Assembly (NCBI GenBank): GCA_028534125.1
Contig: CM052816.1
Coordinates: 28,460,001-28,524,000 of the forward strand
Source of the DNA: Lama glama
Taxonomy: Eukaryota
Reading direction: 5' to 3'
DNA: 64,000 bases
In this document: piece after piece, positions 38,087 through 51,873 of the stretch
Layout of the letters: every line of letters starts with the position of its first letter
Numbering within the stretch: position 1 is the first letter of the stretch
Notes under the pieces: model-generated
Told to the model about the DNA's origin: nothing
What the model saw: the letters and a program-made list of their open reading frames with translations, nothing else
Database searches by the model: none
Made by a program: the position numbers and the translations under genes

Positions 38087-38293
38087 GGTGTTGAAAAATT
38101 ACCTGAAGCTAAATATACTGCAAATAATGTCTTCCTGTCTAGCTGTAATCTGCTGTGGGAGCCTGAACTAATACTGAATTGTGTATTCCACTGTTCTCAA
38201 TGTTTTCATTTAATGACTTTACAGAATACTACCAGAGAACTGCCAACTGTTTGATAACATAATGATTTCATATGTGTAGAATATGATATACTA

Positions 38294-38402
38294 TTTTTTT
38301 TGGTGGGGGAGGTAATTAGGTTTCATTTTTGTTAATTTTTTTGATGGAGGTACTAGGGATAGATACCCATACCTCATGCATGCTAGGCATACACTCTACT
38401 CC
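38294..38402 (-). mobile_element. Camelid tRNA-derived SINE (Vic-1 type), 5'-degraded
   Basis: The reverse complement reads gtagagtgtatgcctagcatgcatgaggtatgggtatctatccctagtacctccatcaaaaaaattaacaaaaatgaaacctaattacctccccc followed by an A tail, which is the characteristic Vic-1 body and tail. Confidence 0.88.
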
Positions 38403-38759
38403 CAGAGACCATGCATTTGTCCTCATTCTTTGTCTCTTTTCCTGGGGTCTCTCATGTGGGAGACTAAGGGCAGGCAGAGGCTGGAAAGGGTCCCTCTGGG
38501 CACACAGGCACAAAACCCCACCCATTTCCAGACACTTCTTTCTTACAAAACAGAAGTCTAAAGCACTAGGTGAATGGCAAGAAACCTTCTAACCTCTTAA
38601 GACACAGGCAATGATCTCCTGCTCCTAGGGCAGAAGCAACAGCTGTCTGACCTTGGAGGAGGAGGCAGAAAATTCTTTTGGTCACAGGAACTTATGCTAC
38701 AGATGTCTCTTGTCACTTGGGGGAGGGATCCAAGCCATGGCCACTCAAGATCTGCTACA

Positions 38760-39096
38760 GACGTGAGGCAGAGGCAGGAAATCAATTAAGACCAGCAGAG
38801 CCATCACACATGATGGAGCTTCAACCCCAAGTGAATAAAGGAAAATTGGGTGGAAGCATTTCAGGCAATGACATTCTAAGGCAAGTTGGGTAAGGTCACT
38901 GGGGAGTCATGAGTTAAGGAATATGACATCTCCCAAAACAGGCTTACCTTAGTGTCTCTGCCCAGTTCAGTTACTGCCTGGGGGCACCTTGGGGGAAACA
39001 TGGCCTCAGGTCAAATGCTCAAGTTCAGAGCACAGCAGTGGGACCCTCAATCGTTCATAGTCCCTGTAGTCAGAGATCTTGGAGGCCATTCTCATT
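38760..39096. mobile_element. Old ERVL-type LTR fragment
   Basis: ttagtgtctctgcccagttcagttactgcctggg...catggcctcag...ttcagagcacagcagtggg...gagatcttggaggccattctca resembles ancient ERVL LTRs; subfamily uncertain. Confidence 0.5.
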
Positions 39097-39399
39097 GGTT
39101 GATTTCAAGTGAGTAAATGCATATATGAGGACTGAAAAGTTATGGATTACTTTGAAAATAATTTATTTCTATATGGAGAGTCCCTTCATCTCATGTTTCT
39201 ATATGTAGACTTCTCCATCCTCTCTTGCTCAAGTCTAAGTTTAACTGTGAAGTTGGTTCTTTGACACATGCTGGGAAGATTGGGCTCAACAGGAAAACGT
39301 TGTAACCAATCAGTAGTTAAGAGGATAGAGAGATCTGACTTCTTCCACATGAGCATCTTAAGTGACTGGTTCATGCTAATACCAGGAAAGCTCAGCTTT

Positions 39400-40555
39400 C
39401 AATTTTAGCTCCTAAACCCATTCACTTCTCTCTGTTTTCATTTCTTTGACCCTGGTCTGAGCCACCATTACTTACCATATGAGCCACCTAGAGTCACCTT
39501 GCTTTCTCTCTCATTTTCGTAGTCTCAGGGACCTTTTTAAAATAGAATTACACTGTTGTCACTCCCTGCTTAAAACCTGTCAATGCCTGTTCATTTCTCC
39601 TGTGAGAAATATCAATTCTTAACATGGTCTCCAAGGTTCTGTATAGTCACACTCAGTGTGGTACTGATAAGTGTTTAATAACTAGTTTAAAAATAACTGG
39701 GAGTGCAAGTGAGTCCTGATTTGAAGGGTTTGCCAGTTTTCATGGTGAAAATTCCCACTCAGGTTGATTTCAAGTAAGTAAATGCAATATGACCAAATGT
39801 GAGATTGGGAAAAAAATGTTCAGTAGCTCATCATTATAAAGTGTTTCTACCATACCAGTAGAATAGACATAAACTCAGGAGCATAAATAAATAGTAAAAT
39901 AATTAAGAATGATAAGGAGTAATTACAAAACCTTTATTTTTAATGTAATTTATTTAATTAGGTTTATATACTTTTGTTTTCAATAATAGTTATTTTATAT
40001 CTGGCTCATAAAATTCCTGAAAATAAAATAATTGACAATTTTAGCTAGTACAAGCCAGCACATTGCTGTCTCTCACTCCTAAATAGCCCTTATACTCAAC
40101 TCTAATAAAGTTCCCTTTCCCTTTCTGTTCTCAAACCTCTCTGGTTTTCTTTTTGACTCTCATAATTGCCATTCTGCTTCCTGCCCAAGACATTTGCACA
40201 TACTAATCTGTCTTCTTAGAATGCTCTGACCTCTCTTCTTTGTCTGATTAACTCCTATTTATTGTTAAAAACGTAACTCAGGAGACACTCAAGAAGTAAG
40301 CCTTCTCAATCTTACTGCAATTTCCCTTAGGTCAAGTTAATTTGTTAAACATTCGCAAGGAAACTCATTTTCTTCATTCAAAGCATTCACTTTTTTAAAC
40401 CGTATGTTCAGTAGTAGTGGAGCATCGGAATAATGTTTCCTCTCTAGATCTCCATCTCACTGAGACTGGGGACCTTATTTGTTTCTACTATTGGATCTTA
40501 AAGTCCTAATGTGAATGGCATTCAACATGGACCCAACAAATACTTGTTAAATAAA
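39400..40555 (+). mobile_element. L2 3' region interrupted by MER63B
   Basis: gtcactccctgcttaaaacctgtcaatg before the insertion; catttgcacatactaatctgtcttcttagaatgctct and caacaaatacttgttaaataaat after it. Confidence 0.65.
39654..40068. mobile_element. MER63B-like hAT DNA transposon
   Basis: Terminal cagtgtggtactg / ccagcacattgctg, internal ctggctcataaaattcctgaaaat and the AT-rich middle typical of MER63B. Confidence 0.75.
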
Positions 40556-40959
40556 TTCACTGAGGATTATTTCTTTGGTTCAACTGTGAGAAAAGCATTT
40601 TCTTTCCTATTTGATTTTTGAAGTGATAACTGCCCAATTATTCTAGAATACCATGGGGGAAAAAGGATTTATCCATACATGATCCAGAGTACATAGCACA
40701 TTTTCTAGCTCTAGGCCAGAAAACTGGGAGGACAGCTAAAGAACACGAGAGACAGAAAGCCATCTTGGCTCCTGGGTACCATGTACTATTTAACCTGGAG
40801 AGGTTATCTACCCTAAGTCTTTTATCATATTAGGCACCTGCAGCAAAGGAGAGCAAGCTGGTCTACTGGGAGGATAGAGAAACTAATTTTCGGAAATAAG
40901 TAAGTACTGGCTGGCTCCCTAATGGTTCAATAATTCCTGGCTGGTTTAAGTCCCTACAG

Positions 40960-41530
40960 TGTTTCCTGAGTGCCTAAAAATGTCAACAGAATTAAAAACA
41001 AACAAAACCAGAAACAAACAAAATACTGTCCTCATGGAGCAGGGAATCCAGTGGATGGAGCTGACATTAATTAGCTCCTCAAACAAATAACTGTAAAAGC
41101 ACAAGTGTCCTAGGTGCTTTAAGTGAGAGATACAAGCTGTGATAAGAGGAGAATTAAGACCACATCCGAACAGTGGGTGCAGCCTTCCTGAAGGATGAGT
41201 TGCAACGAACTGGGAGAATAGGAGAGATTCTAGAAGGCCCCTCAGGAAAGAGCCTGATCAAGGTCTTCTGAAAGAAGAGAGCACCCACTGGGGGTGGGTG
41301 GATGGTATAGAGCTTGGCAGTAGAGCACATGCCCAGCATGCACGAGGTTCTTGGTTCAATTCCTAGTATCTTCATTAAAAAAAAAAAAGATGCAAATTTG
41401 AAGAAAAAAATAGGAGAGCACTAAGTGTGAGCAGTTTAAAGGAGGCTTTTTTTTTTTTTTTCGCTGAAGGACACTGTGAGAGATAAGGCTGGAGAGGCAG
41501 GTAGCAGTTAGAATGTGAGAGTCCTTGTTA
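40960..41530 (-). mobile_element. L2 fragment interrupted by a SINE
   Basis: tgtcctcatggagc...aaacaaataactgtaa...gcagccttcctgaaggatg...agataaggctggagaggcagg. Confidence 0.55.
41290..41410 (+). mobile_element. Camelid tRNA-derived SINE (Vic-1 type) with probable target-site duplication
   Basis: ggtatagagcttggcagtagagcacatgcccagcatgcacgaggttcttggttcaattcctagtatcttcatt followed by an A tail; B-box GGTTCAATTCC at 41353-41363; flanks aagagagcac (41275-41284) and aggagagcac (41412-41421). Confidence 0.9.
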
Positions 41531-41559
41531 CACTGTGTTGAAAAACCACATACTTTAAA

Positions 41560-43500
41560 AAATGAGTTCCAGAAATGAAAGAAGCAACATTCAAAAAAAC
41601 AATGAATTTAGTTTTTCAGAAGTGAAGCATCATCTAATTAAAAAAGTACACAGAGTTTCAAACAGGAAAACAAGCAAATCCCCAACCACACACAATATAG
41701 TTAAAATAAAGAACACTGGAAAGTAATGATGAAAGTTTTACAACAAAAAAGGAACATGAAATATTTATACAGTAGCAAAAATTAGACTGACAGAAGATTT
41801 TCACACAAGCAACAGAAGCCTGAAGGAAATTTAGAAATAGGTTTCATATTGAAAGGAAGTAATGGAAATGGAATATAGTTTAACTCTTCTGTAGAAGCCA
41901 GAGTGAAACAGACATTATCCATCAGACAATAAAGACTGGAAGAGTGTACTTCCTAGCTCAGTGTTGAGAGTACTGATAAATGACAATTCAGAAAAAAGTA
42001 AAACAAAATCAGAAGAAAGGACTGGAATACAGGACGTATAAGTAAGTGAAGAAATTGTTGAATCAGTAAATCAAAACATGCACTGATTATAAAACAATAA
42101 TGTACTACAATGACTAATTTTGGAGAGGGCTAAAAAAATGTGAAACTAAAATACTAGGAAAAATAACATGTCTGATTGCAGAACAATCAGAATTAAAGCA
42201 TGTTAAGGCCACTGTATTAGTATGTGTGTAAGGAGTCATTATCTGATACTTGTTAACTTTAGACTTCCTTAAGAATGCATGTGAAAAATTTTAGGGCAAG
42301 TACTGAATTAATAGACAAACGCATAACTTTCAAAATAATATAAGGATTAAACAGTCAGCAAAGAAATTTTGACAAATCTAAAAATAGCAGAAAATAAGAA
42401 AACAAACAAAAGAGCATAGTAGGTAGAAACAAATCCATAAGATAGTAAAAAAAAAAAACTTAAAGTATATTAGTATCATAACAAGTATAAATAAATTAAA
42501 ATAATTCATTCAAGAAGGGACATTGAAAGATGGAATAGAAAGTGGCAGAAACAAGATTATTACAGGCAAATAACCAAATGAAACCTGACACAGCTATATT
42601 AATACTGAGCAAAAAAACCTAGCATCTTTCTTAATCAAAATAGTATTATATCAATATTAAGGGGTTAAAAAAGAATAAAACAAAATTGAAAGTTCATGTA
42701 CACACATATGCACACATGAGAAAAACTGGGGAAATGTTACAAAGAAGTAATTCACATGAGGTAACTGCCAAATTTTCAAAAATCATACATCCAGTCTCCC
42801 TAGTAATCAAGGTAGTACAACTATCGTCTGAGAATCCAGTTATTGGTGATGAGGCAGATAATAGGGAACTTCGTACACTGACGGTGCAAATGTAAATTCA
42901 GCGAGTCGGGAGGCTTTCTGACAATGTCTCATAAATTGGATAAGGTACACACCCTATGGTACGTGTCTTTCAGGAACAAAGCCTAGACTGTTTAGAGAAA
43001 CTCTAACAGAGGTGCACAGGGTTGAAAAAGCACAAGGAGGTTTCTTACAGGGTTTTGTTTATTTCTTTTTTTTTGTCATATTAAAAAAATGGAAATTACC
43101 TAAATATCTATTAGTAAGAGATTAGATAAGTAAATATAAAACACTTCAAGGGAAGTAACCACATCTATATGTATCAACAGGGATAAATCTCAAAAGCCAA
43201 AATCGAATGTAAAAAAGTTAAAAATACATGTATATATGATTTACATATAGAAGCACAGATATTTTTCTTTATACAATATACAAATAAATGAAGCACCTCA
43301 AGTTCAGGCAAGGAGCACGATGAATGGATGTTGGGAGTCATCAGCTATATACCTGAAATATTTTATTTCTTTTAAAACTTGATATAAAGTAATTATGATA
43401 AAGTGTTAACATTTGTTAAGCCAGGGTTATATGTGATACATGAATGCGTTTTTTTCTATGTCATGTGTAAACTATTCTACAATTTGAAAATAAAATAAAT
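41560..43500 (+). mobile_element. Ancient L1M remnant: ORF1-like part, start of ORF2, then 3' end, with most of ORF2 missing
   Basis: attagactgacagaagattt (IRLTEDF; compare ORF1 IRLTADFS) near 41781; ggaaattacctaaatatctattagtaagagattagataagtaaat near 43090; A-rich strand bias. Confidence 0.6.
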
Positions 43501-45749
43501 ATTTCTCACTATTTAAATAAAGTTAGAAAGAAATAAAGGGAGTATTTCTTACAGCTGCCGTGTGGAGAACACATTCAAGGGTGCTGTAGTTTATTTACTC
43601 GGCTAGTTAGAGGATATGGCAGCCAAGTGAGAGATGAATAAATTAACCGGACAAAAAATACACTATACCCTTATAATTACACTTCGATGTGTTGCTAAAA
43701 CTATTTCAAAGTCTTATACTGCAACTAACGGAATTATAACCACAGGCATGATGGGATTAAAGGGAAAACAAAATGAAAGAAAGGACCAGAGGGACACATT
43801 GTTTGCAGACATTCGGAAGTGAGAAGACAGCATGACATCAATCATAAGTCTAAGAACACCCACATGTAAATATCAGAAGCAAAGGAAAAATGTATACCCC
43901 AAACTTGAAATTTAATCATCTGTCTAAGTCATTCTGGTTACTGAGATCATTGGAGGAATGTGCTAATGGGAGGGAAACAGAGAGAGATTTAAAGAAAGGA
44001 TAATGCATTTGATGATTCCAGGAGGATTACCTTAGCCTTACATACAAGGAAGCTATGGTTAGATTGTGGAACAATTAGAAATACTGATAACTGTGATATT
44101 TTGAATCACATGAGCTCAAGGTTTTCACATCTGGGAAAATATCCCTCAATATTTTCATAAAGGGAAGCAGATTTGGAAGAAACTGACTAAATAATCTAAG
44201 TATTTGTGGGAGTACAAAATTCAGTTCATATTCTGTAAATGTTAAACTGCAAAGAATAAAGATAAAGACACATCAGAGTTTCAGGTTTGGTAGTAGAGTA
44301 AAATTCAAGATAAACAGTTTTACCTAAAGTTAAAAAAATAAAACCAACTTTAGGAGCTCCTTTACCTATGCTTTCACTGGGCTTTGCCATTTTATTATTA
44401 CATTTGCCGCTACATACTGAAATAGTCTATACCTGAGCATTCCCCTTCGACTATGTAAGTGTGGGCTCACTGTGCACAGTGATTGTCCACAGTGATACTC
44501 AATAAAAATATGCTGATTCAAGAAACTGGATAAATGTAGAACCTTCAAGAAAAGTCGTTTCTTGTCTTTACTTTAATCCTTCCCCAGGATCCTCAGCTTA
44601 AGTGTGATTTTTAAGCTCTTCAATGCCACCAATTATGGATTGTCCAGAATGGCACATAGGATTAGGTAGAAAAAAAGGAAGGCAGCAAGAAAGAGTTGGG
44701 GAGACTTACTCTCTTCCTTCCAGGGTGTCCTCTGACTTTGAAAGCCTAGCTCTACAGCTTGGCATAGGGAACTTTTCACTTATTCTCCAAAACAACTAAG
44801 ATAATTTAAGTCTATATTTATCTTTAAATACTCATTTATAGAGCTCTAAGTGTATTGAGATCTTTCCTAAATCCTACTTATCTTAATTAAAAAACATATA
44901 AAATAGTCCAATGGCCTTAACAATGAAGAAAACCGTTTCCCAGTTTGAGTAAATCTTTCTCTAAGGCTTCATCAGTAACAATTCTCAACTGTGAGACTTT
45001 CAGTTACAAACTTAATGAAAGTTAACCCCAACTTAAATCTGTACAAAAAATTATGAATTCTCCTACTTTTTATATTTATTCATAAAACCCACCACATTTG
45101 ATATCCGTGGCCTCAGCAGCAAAGAGAAAAGAGAAATAAATGGGAGCAGTAGGTAGCAACTCTCCGTAGCTATCAGACCACGGTCAATGGCTGAACGCAG
45201 GCTGACCCAAGAGTTTCACTCTCATTTTTGACATTATATAAAAATTTAAAAAAAAAACTATATTTATGTTTATCTCTTTATCCTTTAACCATCTATCATC
45301 TGATTGATCTACTGACAGGAAATAAGTAGTTCATCGTGTAGCATACAACTCTGTGTTCCATGATTAGATCACAGTACTTGTTATATGCTAAATATGAATT
45401 AATAAGAAGAAATAACTCCTGCAATTATTTTGGGAATGGGAGGAGGATTAACTGGACTTGTACTAGAAGCCACTTAATTGAAGGACAACATAAATTATTC
45501 CCCAACTTGATTAACTCTGCTTTGATGTATATTTATTTTAAATATACTGATTTTTGAAAAGGCCCAGGTAGCAGTATGGAAGAGTTGTTCAGGCAGTGAA
45601 CACTGAATACTTGCTTTCTAAGGAATGAGTAGAATTGCCTTGAGTTCCCAAAACTATCTTTGAATTTCTATAGCAACTGTTACTTCCTTAAAAATAGTAT
45701 TGTTTCTTAGAGTCTTAGGCAATCACAATATCCCAGACACTATAATAAT

Positions 45750-46190
45750 ACTGTATTATCTAACAATGCTTATTTATTTCCCTTTTCCTTGGTGTATTGA
45801 ATAGAGTATATAATATACATGATAGAAATAATTCAGGGTAAATAAAGCAGTATCTTGAAGTTATCAGAGACCCAGGCTCTGTCCAAATATTTGTTCTGCT
45901 CTCTCTGGGTTTGGCCTCCATTTTCATGTTCAAGTTCATAGCTGGAGTTCCAGCCTTCACATATGCCTTTCAAGGGGAAGGATGAAAAAGGGTGGGGAAG
46001 GCATAAAGAGATGTTTCAGGAGTAATACATTGTATTTGCTTACATCTGACCAGCCAATATTAAGTTGCCTAAATGCAAAGAGGCTGGGAAATGTGCCCAT
46101 CTGGGGTTCAATGTGCCCAATGAAAAGCTATGATTACTCCTCAAAATAAAGAGGGTGAAAGGACATTCCAAGGCAATTAGCATCCTCTGA
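45750..46190 (-). mobile_element. Old MaLR LTR (MLT1J-like)
   Basis: tcagagacccaggctctgtcc...gctggagttccagccttcacat...cctaaatgcaaagaggctgggaaatgtg. Confidence 0.65.
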
Positions 46191-46699
46191 AATAGAGACT
46201 AAAACACACACCCAGCCACGTGCATGTGCACACATACAGTGGTATACATTTAATAATCCTTGCTGGGAAATAAATATGAAGGTTATAAACTTGTTTCAAA
46301 ATTCTTACTAAAAATTGTTTGAAATCTTTTTTTGAGACAGAATATGGTATATATTTTGAAGGTGCTGTATTGTTTGCTTTTGTAATATTCATTTAAATGA
46401 CAATTCATACCCTGTCCTCTGGAAGTACACTAGATTCAAAAATAAGCAAACAACAATCATAATTCATAGCTGAGTCTGATCAAGAGAAAGCAAGCTAAAA
46501 CTATAATGCATTTTTCTTGTTTTCCTATGTGTTCAATTGGGTTTGACAAATACTTATTGTGCAAATACTATTAATCTGTTACTGTATGAGACATTGAGGA
46601 TTAAAAAAATAAGGCTTCCAGCTTAATAGAAACTGATCACATTACTTAGTGCCTTCCTCCCCAAATCATATTTAAATGAGAGTACAGAAATAAAAACAG

Positions 46700-48790
46700 T
46701 AATAAATTCAGAAGATCTTCTCAGAATGGGGTATAAATTGACCAGAGGTTTTTATAAATACATGAGTGAATTAATAAAAAGGTGATAAAAGCACTGATGG
46801 ACTCCCAGAAAGATTCCAATCTTGAAAGTGGAATAGAAAGAGAGTAGGAGTGAGAAGTAATCTAAAAATTAGAGTGTGAAATTGTTGAGTGACTATATTT
46901 CACAACAGAAAAAAATTGTGTCAAATGATCTCACATTCTTTAAGTGCAGCAAGACTGACAAGATGCTAATAGCTCACACCCTAAAGATAAACTGAAGTTC
47001 TTGCTGTAAAGAAACTAAATGATGTCTCTGGATAAGAAGGCTCCAAGTGTGGTTAGCAGCAAATCAAAACAAAGCTCATCTCCCTAATATTTTTTTTCCA
47101 TCGGGAAAGTGGTGGGAATGGGGCAAGAGCAGCGAACCTGTCTTCTCCTAAAGTATTGCATGCTTATCTGACATATTCAAAATCTTCAGTGGGCATCCTC
47201 CCTTGCCCTATACGTGGGGAAGGCTGTTAAACATCTTTGTAATATGAATAAATGTCTAATGATCATGAGATATTTGAGCATAAACAGCAGCACAAAACAG
47301 AAGGACCAAGATAAACGAACAGATCAATATTGAAGATGAAGCTGCCATTGTTAGTAAATTAAGAGAACTTTGTAATAATTCTAATTAATGTACTTGGAGA
47401 AGTTTGAGAAAGTATCACAGCGATAAAGCAAGAACACACTGCTATAAAAGAGTAGACATAAAATAAGAAAAATATTTGAAATATAAAACAAAAATACTAA
47501 ACTAAAAAGATTATATTTTAAAAAAGTTTAAAGAAAAAATCTAAGAAATATTCCTAACCATATAGAAATATTTTTTTATAAAGGAAAATACAAGGGAAAA
47601 AAAAGGCATGGAAAGCAAGAAAATTAATCCTGGAGCTTCAATGACTGGTTGAGAAGTTTCAGAAAAAAGAAAAAAATGTGGGATTGTAATAATCAAAAAA
47701 ATAATTAAAGAGAAAATTTCATTGTTGATAATATAAATGGAGCTTCAGAGGGAAAGAGTCAGTTGAGGAATAATTAGGATGAATGAAAAAGAAAACAAAG
47801 TCAATCACTTACCAAACACAGAATACCCAGAAAGAAGTGAAAATTTAATAATCATCACAGTTTCTCATCTATGAATAGATGATGAAAGACATTTACCAGT
47901 GACTTCAAAAGTTGTGTGGCAAAATAATTTTAACTCTAATTCTATACCTGACTAAATGAATAATTCATCGTAAGGAAAAATTAAAATATTTTTAGATATT
48001 AAGGTCAAAGACAATTTACTTCTCTTGTATCTGTTCTTTAAAAGTTAAGGGCATACCGTAGGTCAATAAAACGGACTCCAAAAAGGGAGAAAGTCACAGG
48101 ATGCAAGAAAAACTATAACTAATACAGAAGTGTGAAAACAAATAAAATAATTTAAGAACGACAACTATACCACAGTCTAAAAAAGCAGTTATCCCAAATT
48201 AAACTGTCCCAAACTGAAACAGGAAATCAGAAGCCTCTAAGAAAAAAATGGTAATGAATTACATTCACCAGATCATACGACTGGAAAGCTGTCACGCATT
48301 AGAGATAGGGAAAAGAAGTGAGCTATTGCAGTGCAGGTGATGAAAATAATGGTATGTAAAAGAGAATCCATCTGAATCCTGAATTCCCTTTTGAAAGCTT
48401 CAAGTTTAGAAACAGAGGACTAAATTTATTTCTATATGAGTTCACTAGCTGGGTTTCATTCCTCTTTTACTACTGAAATGCTGGTTACTGATTTTTCTCT
48501 TCACCATACGGCAAAAGCAAAAAAGACTAATTCTTCATCTTCCAGAAAGATGAGTCAAACGACACGGTTTGAAGTTAAACAGAAAAGTGTTTTAGCATAT
48601 TTTTTAGACAATTGACTACCCAGAGAACAAAAGCAATGTTAAAAGGAGTTATTGCCTGGGAACAGGCCTAGATATAGGATGAGGATGATAAAGAAGGCAA
48701 ATAGTAAATATCCTTATGTAGAACTTGATCTGAACATGGAGATGTACGTGCAAATATTAGCTTGATAATAGTTAAATCATATCCCTCCCA
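46700..48790 (+). mobile_element. Ancient HAL1/L1M-like ORF1-containing element
   Basis: A-rich ORF1-like text (gtttcagaaaaaaga...aatcaaaaaaataattaaagagaaaatttc) and a HAL1-like 3' end (atgtacgtgcaaatattagcttgataatag). No ORF2 is visible between them. Confidence 0.5.
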
Positions 48791-50299
48791 AAAAAAATCA
48801 AAGAAGAAGATGAATTAGATAAAGTTTTTCCCATGCAAACTAATAATTACCACACAGTGTGGTAAGTGTAGTGGTAAAAGGACTGACAAGTACAGGAAAT
48901 CAGAGAAAGGGATGAGTTACTCTTTCCGAGCAGGTCATTTGGTGGCACTGGTCAGAGATGGTTTCAAATCAGGTGAGATCTGAGAGGTGTCATGAATAAT
49001 AAAATGAAATTTGGAGGGAAATTGGGCATTTCTTGACAGAGGAAATGGCAGGTACACTGGCATGATAATATGAAGTACACATTTTCATGAGTTGATAAAG
49101 GATAAAGGAGGATATGAATAAGGGACAAAGCTGAAAAAGCAGATAGGAGCCAGGTGGTGTGGATCCCAGCAGACCACGTTAAGGAGTTTATACACTGGTT
49201 GTACTTTTAAAGATCAATCCGCAAAAGGTTTGGATTGTGGCACCATCCCAAAAAGTGCATAAAGTTAGTGCTCTGACAGAGAACGCAGATGGGCATACAT
49301 GTTTTAGTAGGTTAATTTTTTTAAGTCAAATTATTTTATAGCCATGGAATGAAGAGTATTTGGATAGTCCAGGTCTAAATATAAAATTCGAGATATGATT
49401 TGTCCAAAAATGTTAATGGGCCCTGGCAGCCTTGGAAAATTTCTCAAGTTTCAACAGCTTATGTTATTTAAAGCACTCAATGATCCAAAACTGGTAACTC
49501 TACAATTTGCAAAACCAAGATGTTTTAACTTCTTAAATTCATAACACAAAATTACCTGGTTTCATTTAAATCATTTCCTCGTAGAACTGTAAACACATTT
49601 GAGAGGCTCTTGAAGGAAGTAGAAATTCCCCAAATTATCATACACAGTATGTAACTGTCACATGCCCAAATGCTTACTGTTTAGAATAAAGAAATAAAAC
49701 AATTGAGTGTTAAGGAAGAAAGTGCTATTAAAGCACAGCTCAGCTCCTTAGAGTTAAAAGGTACTGTATGTGATGATCACCTCATGTAAGTCCCGTGTTT
49801 ACTTGCGTATCAGTTTTAGTGAGTGAGTATTTATGACGATTCTTTTCCCTGTGATTCTTCCCCCTGTAACAAACATTATGCACGGATTATAATGGTTGAA
49901 ATGCCATTGCTAACTTTAATTTCTGTTTTCATAAGATACCTTGTTATTTTAACAGGCAACATGCTTCTACTAAAGCTTCCTGTAAAGTGTGGAAAAGGAA
50001 ACATCCCTCAACGTAATTGCTTTAGCAGGCTAATAGATGTAAAAGACTCATCTACTTGCATTTTGTGAGTATACACATCAAAATGATTCCATTATGCTAA
50101 TAATGTCCAAGAAGAGGCTGTAACTCATGATAATGGAACTGTAAACTTTAACACAAGCTTATAGCTCTCAATCCCTAATATCTTTTTGCATTTGTATAAA
50201 TGTAAATGAATAAAACACAGGTCCTCTATTACATTCCCTACTGATGTCAAACTAGCTCAATAAAAAAATATTCTGTAAGCATCATGAGTCAGGTTGTAA

Positions 50300-50950
50300 G
50301 AACAAAACTCCTCTATCCAATCCACCCTCTCTTCCATTTAATCCAATTACTGCGCTGCAGTCAGACAGAGGTTTCCTTAAATCTGTAGGCATGTCTTATG
50401 AATATTTACATAATAGAAATTATTAAACCATAAGTGGTTTCCTATTCCTTTTAAGATTAAGACCAAATACTTATAAAATCACAATAATCCTCAGATCTGG
50501 GTCCTGCTTTGTACACCGGCCTTCTCCTGTGCCATTTGTCCTCAATCTGCTCTCTTCATTTCTTCCAGCGCTTGGAAGATGCTCAGCTCCTGTCTCTGGA
50601 TCTTTGCATAAGTCCTTCTCTACCAAGCCCTAGTTATCCTCGCTGCTTGCTCCCACAGAACACACACGAACACACAAAGATGCATGCACACATACATGCA
50701 TTTACTTATCCTTCAAAAATTAGCCCACATATCTCCTCTTCAAGGAAAGCGTCCCGATTCTCTAACACAATCCTAGAGCTCCCGCACCTGTGCTTCACAG
50801 CACAAACCACACTCCTGCAGCCATAAATCGTGAAATTAGCTCTTTAATGTCAGTCTCCTTGGTGAAAATGTAAGCTCCCAGAGGACAGGGTACCCTAGGC
50901 CATTGTCTGAAACAGAAATATATACTAAATGAATAATACATAATGAACAT
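50300..50950 (+). mobile_element. L2 3' fragment
   Basis: cttatccttcaaaaattagcccacatatctcctcttcaaggaaagcgtccc and gtctccttggtgaaaatgtaagctcccagaggacaggg. Confidence 0.6.
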
Positions 50951-51102
50951 GAATAAATAAAAGGAAAAATACTAACAAAATATTTTTACATTAGGTACCT
51001 ATTGCTTACAGTTTGGTGCATGTTTCTAAACTTTTGAGATGATGGATTTGGGTTGCAACTAAACTTTGTTCATGATATTTCTCATTTCCCCTTCTCTCTC
51101 TG

Positions 51103-51138
<36 letters not shown>
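51103..51138. repeat. (AT)n microsatellite with one interruption
   Basis: Directly visible. Confidence 0.95.
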
Positions 51139-51873
51139 GTATATTACACACAAATCTTAAAAATATAAGATAATTTCTGTTGGAGGGAAGACATTGAAAT
51201 GATGTATTAAAATACATTTGCAAGATTACTAAAAAGTTTCATTTATCAATATAACTAAAGAAATATTTATATATACTTTAAAATAATATTTTGACATATG
51301 TTTTTACTTTTTCTCTGATATTGAGCTAAATGTTTAATATATAACAGATATATGACAAAATTTGGGCTCTCACTAGTTATGTGATGTTATGCTAGTTATG
51401 TAAACTGGATCTTTCCTTTCGGTATCAGTTCCCCACATTGTGAATTAATAAGAAAATAAAGAAGAAAGAGAAACTGTCTGTGGTATTTTTGATAACTTCT
51501 AGAGTATAAGTATATATAAAATGTCTTTTTGGCTGTTTGCAGTAACTGGATTTATTGAGTTATTTATTTTGATGAAGTTGAAGACCACTTTCACATATTT
51601 CATTTCTTATATATCTTTTACATAAGAAATGAAGTATGTGTATAAAATCTTTTGAGAGGAGAGAAGAAAGAACAATCAATTCTTCCAGGAAGGGAGAAAT
51701 AATGTCAGAAATAGCAAGTATTTAAAATGGACTTTGAAAAGGATCAGGTAGGAAAAAGTGGAAGATAATTTCAGGCCCAATAAAACACAAAGGAAAGGAA
51801 AGGAGTTTTGAAAAATAAACTGAGATTTCCAGTAGAAAGTCATCTATTGTGGCAGATGGTAAGGGATATAGTT

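Noticed and set aside
41290..41375. tRNA-like sequence with a B box
   Set aside because: It has an A tail and a target-site duplication and no convincing cloverleaf, so it is a SINE rather than a tRNA gene.
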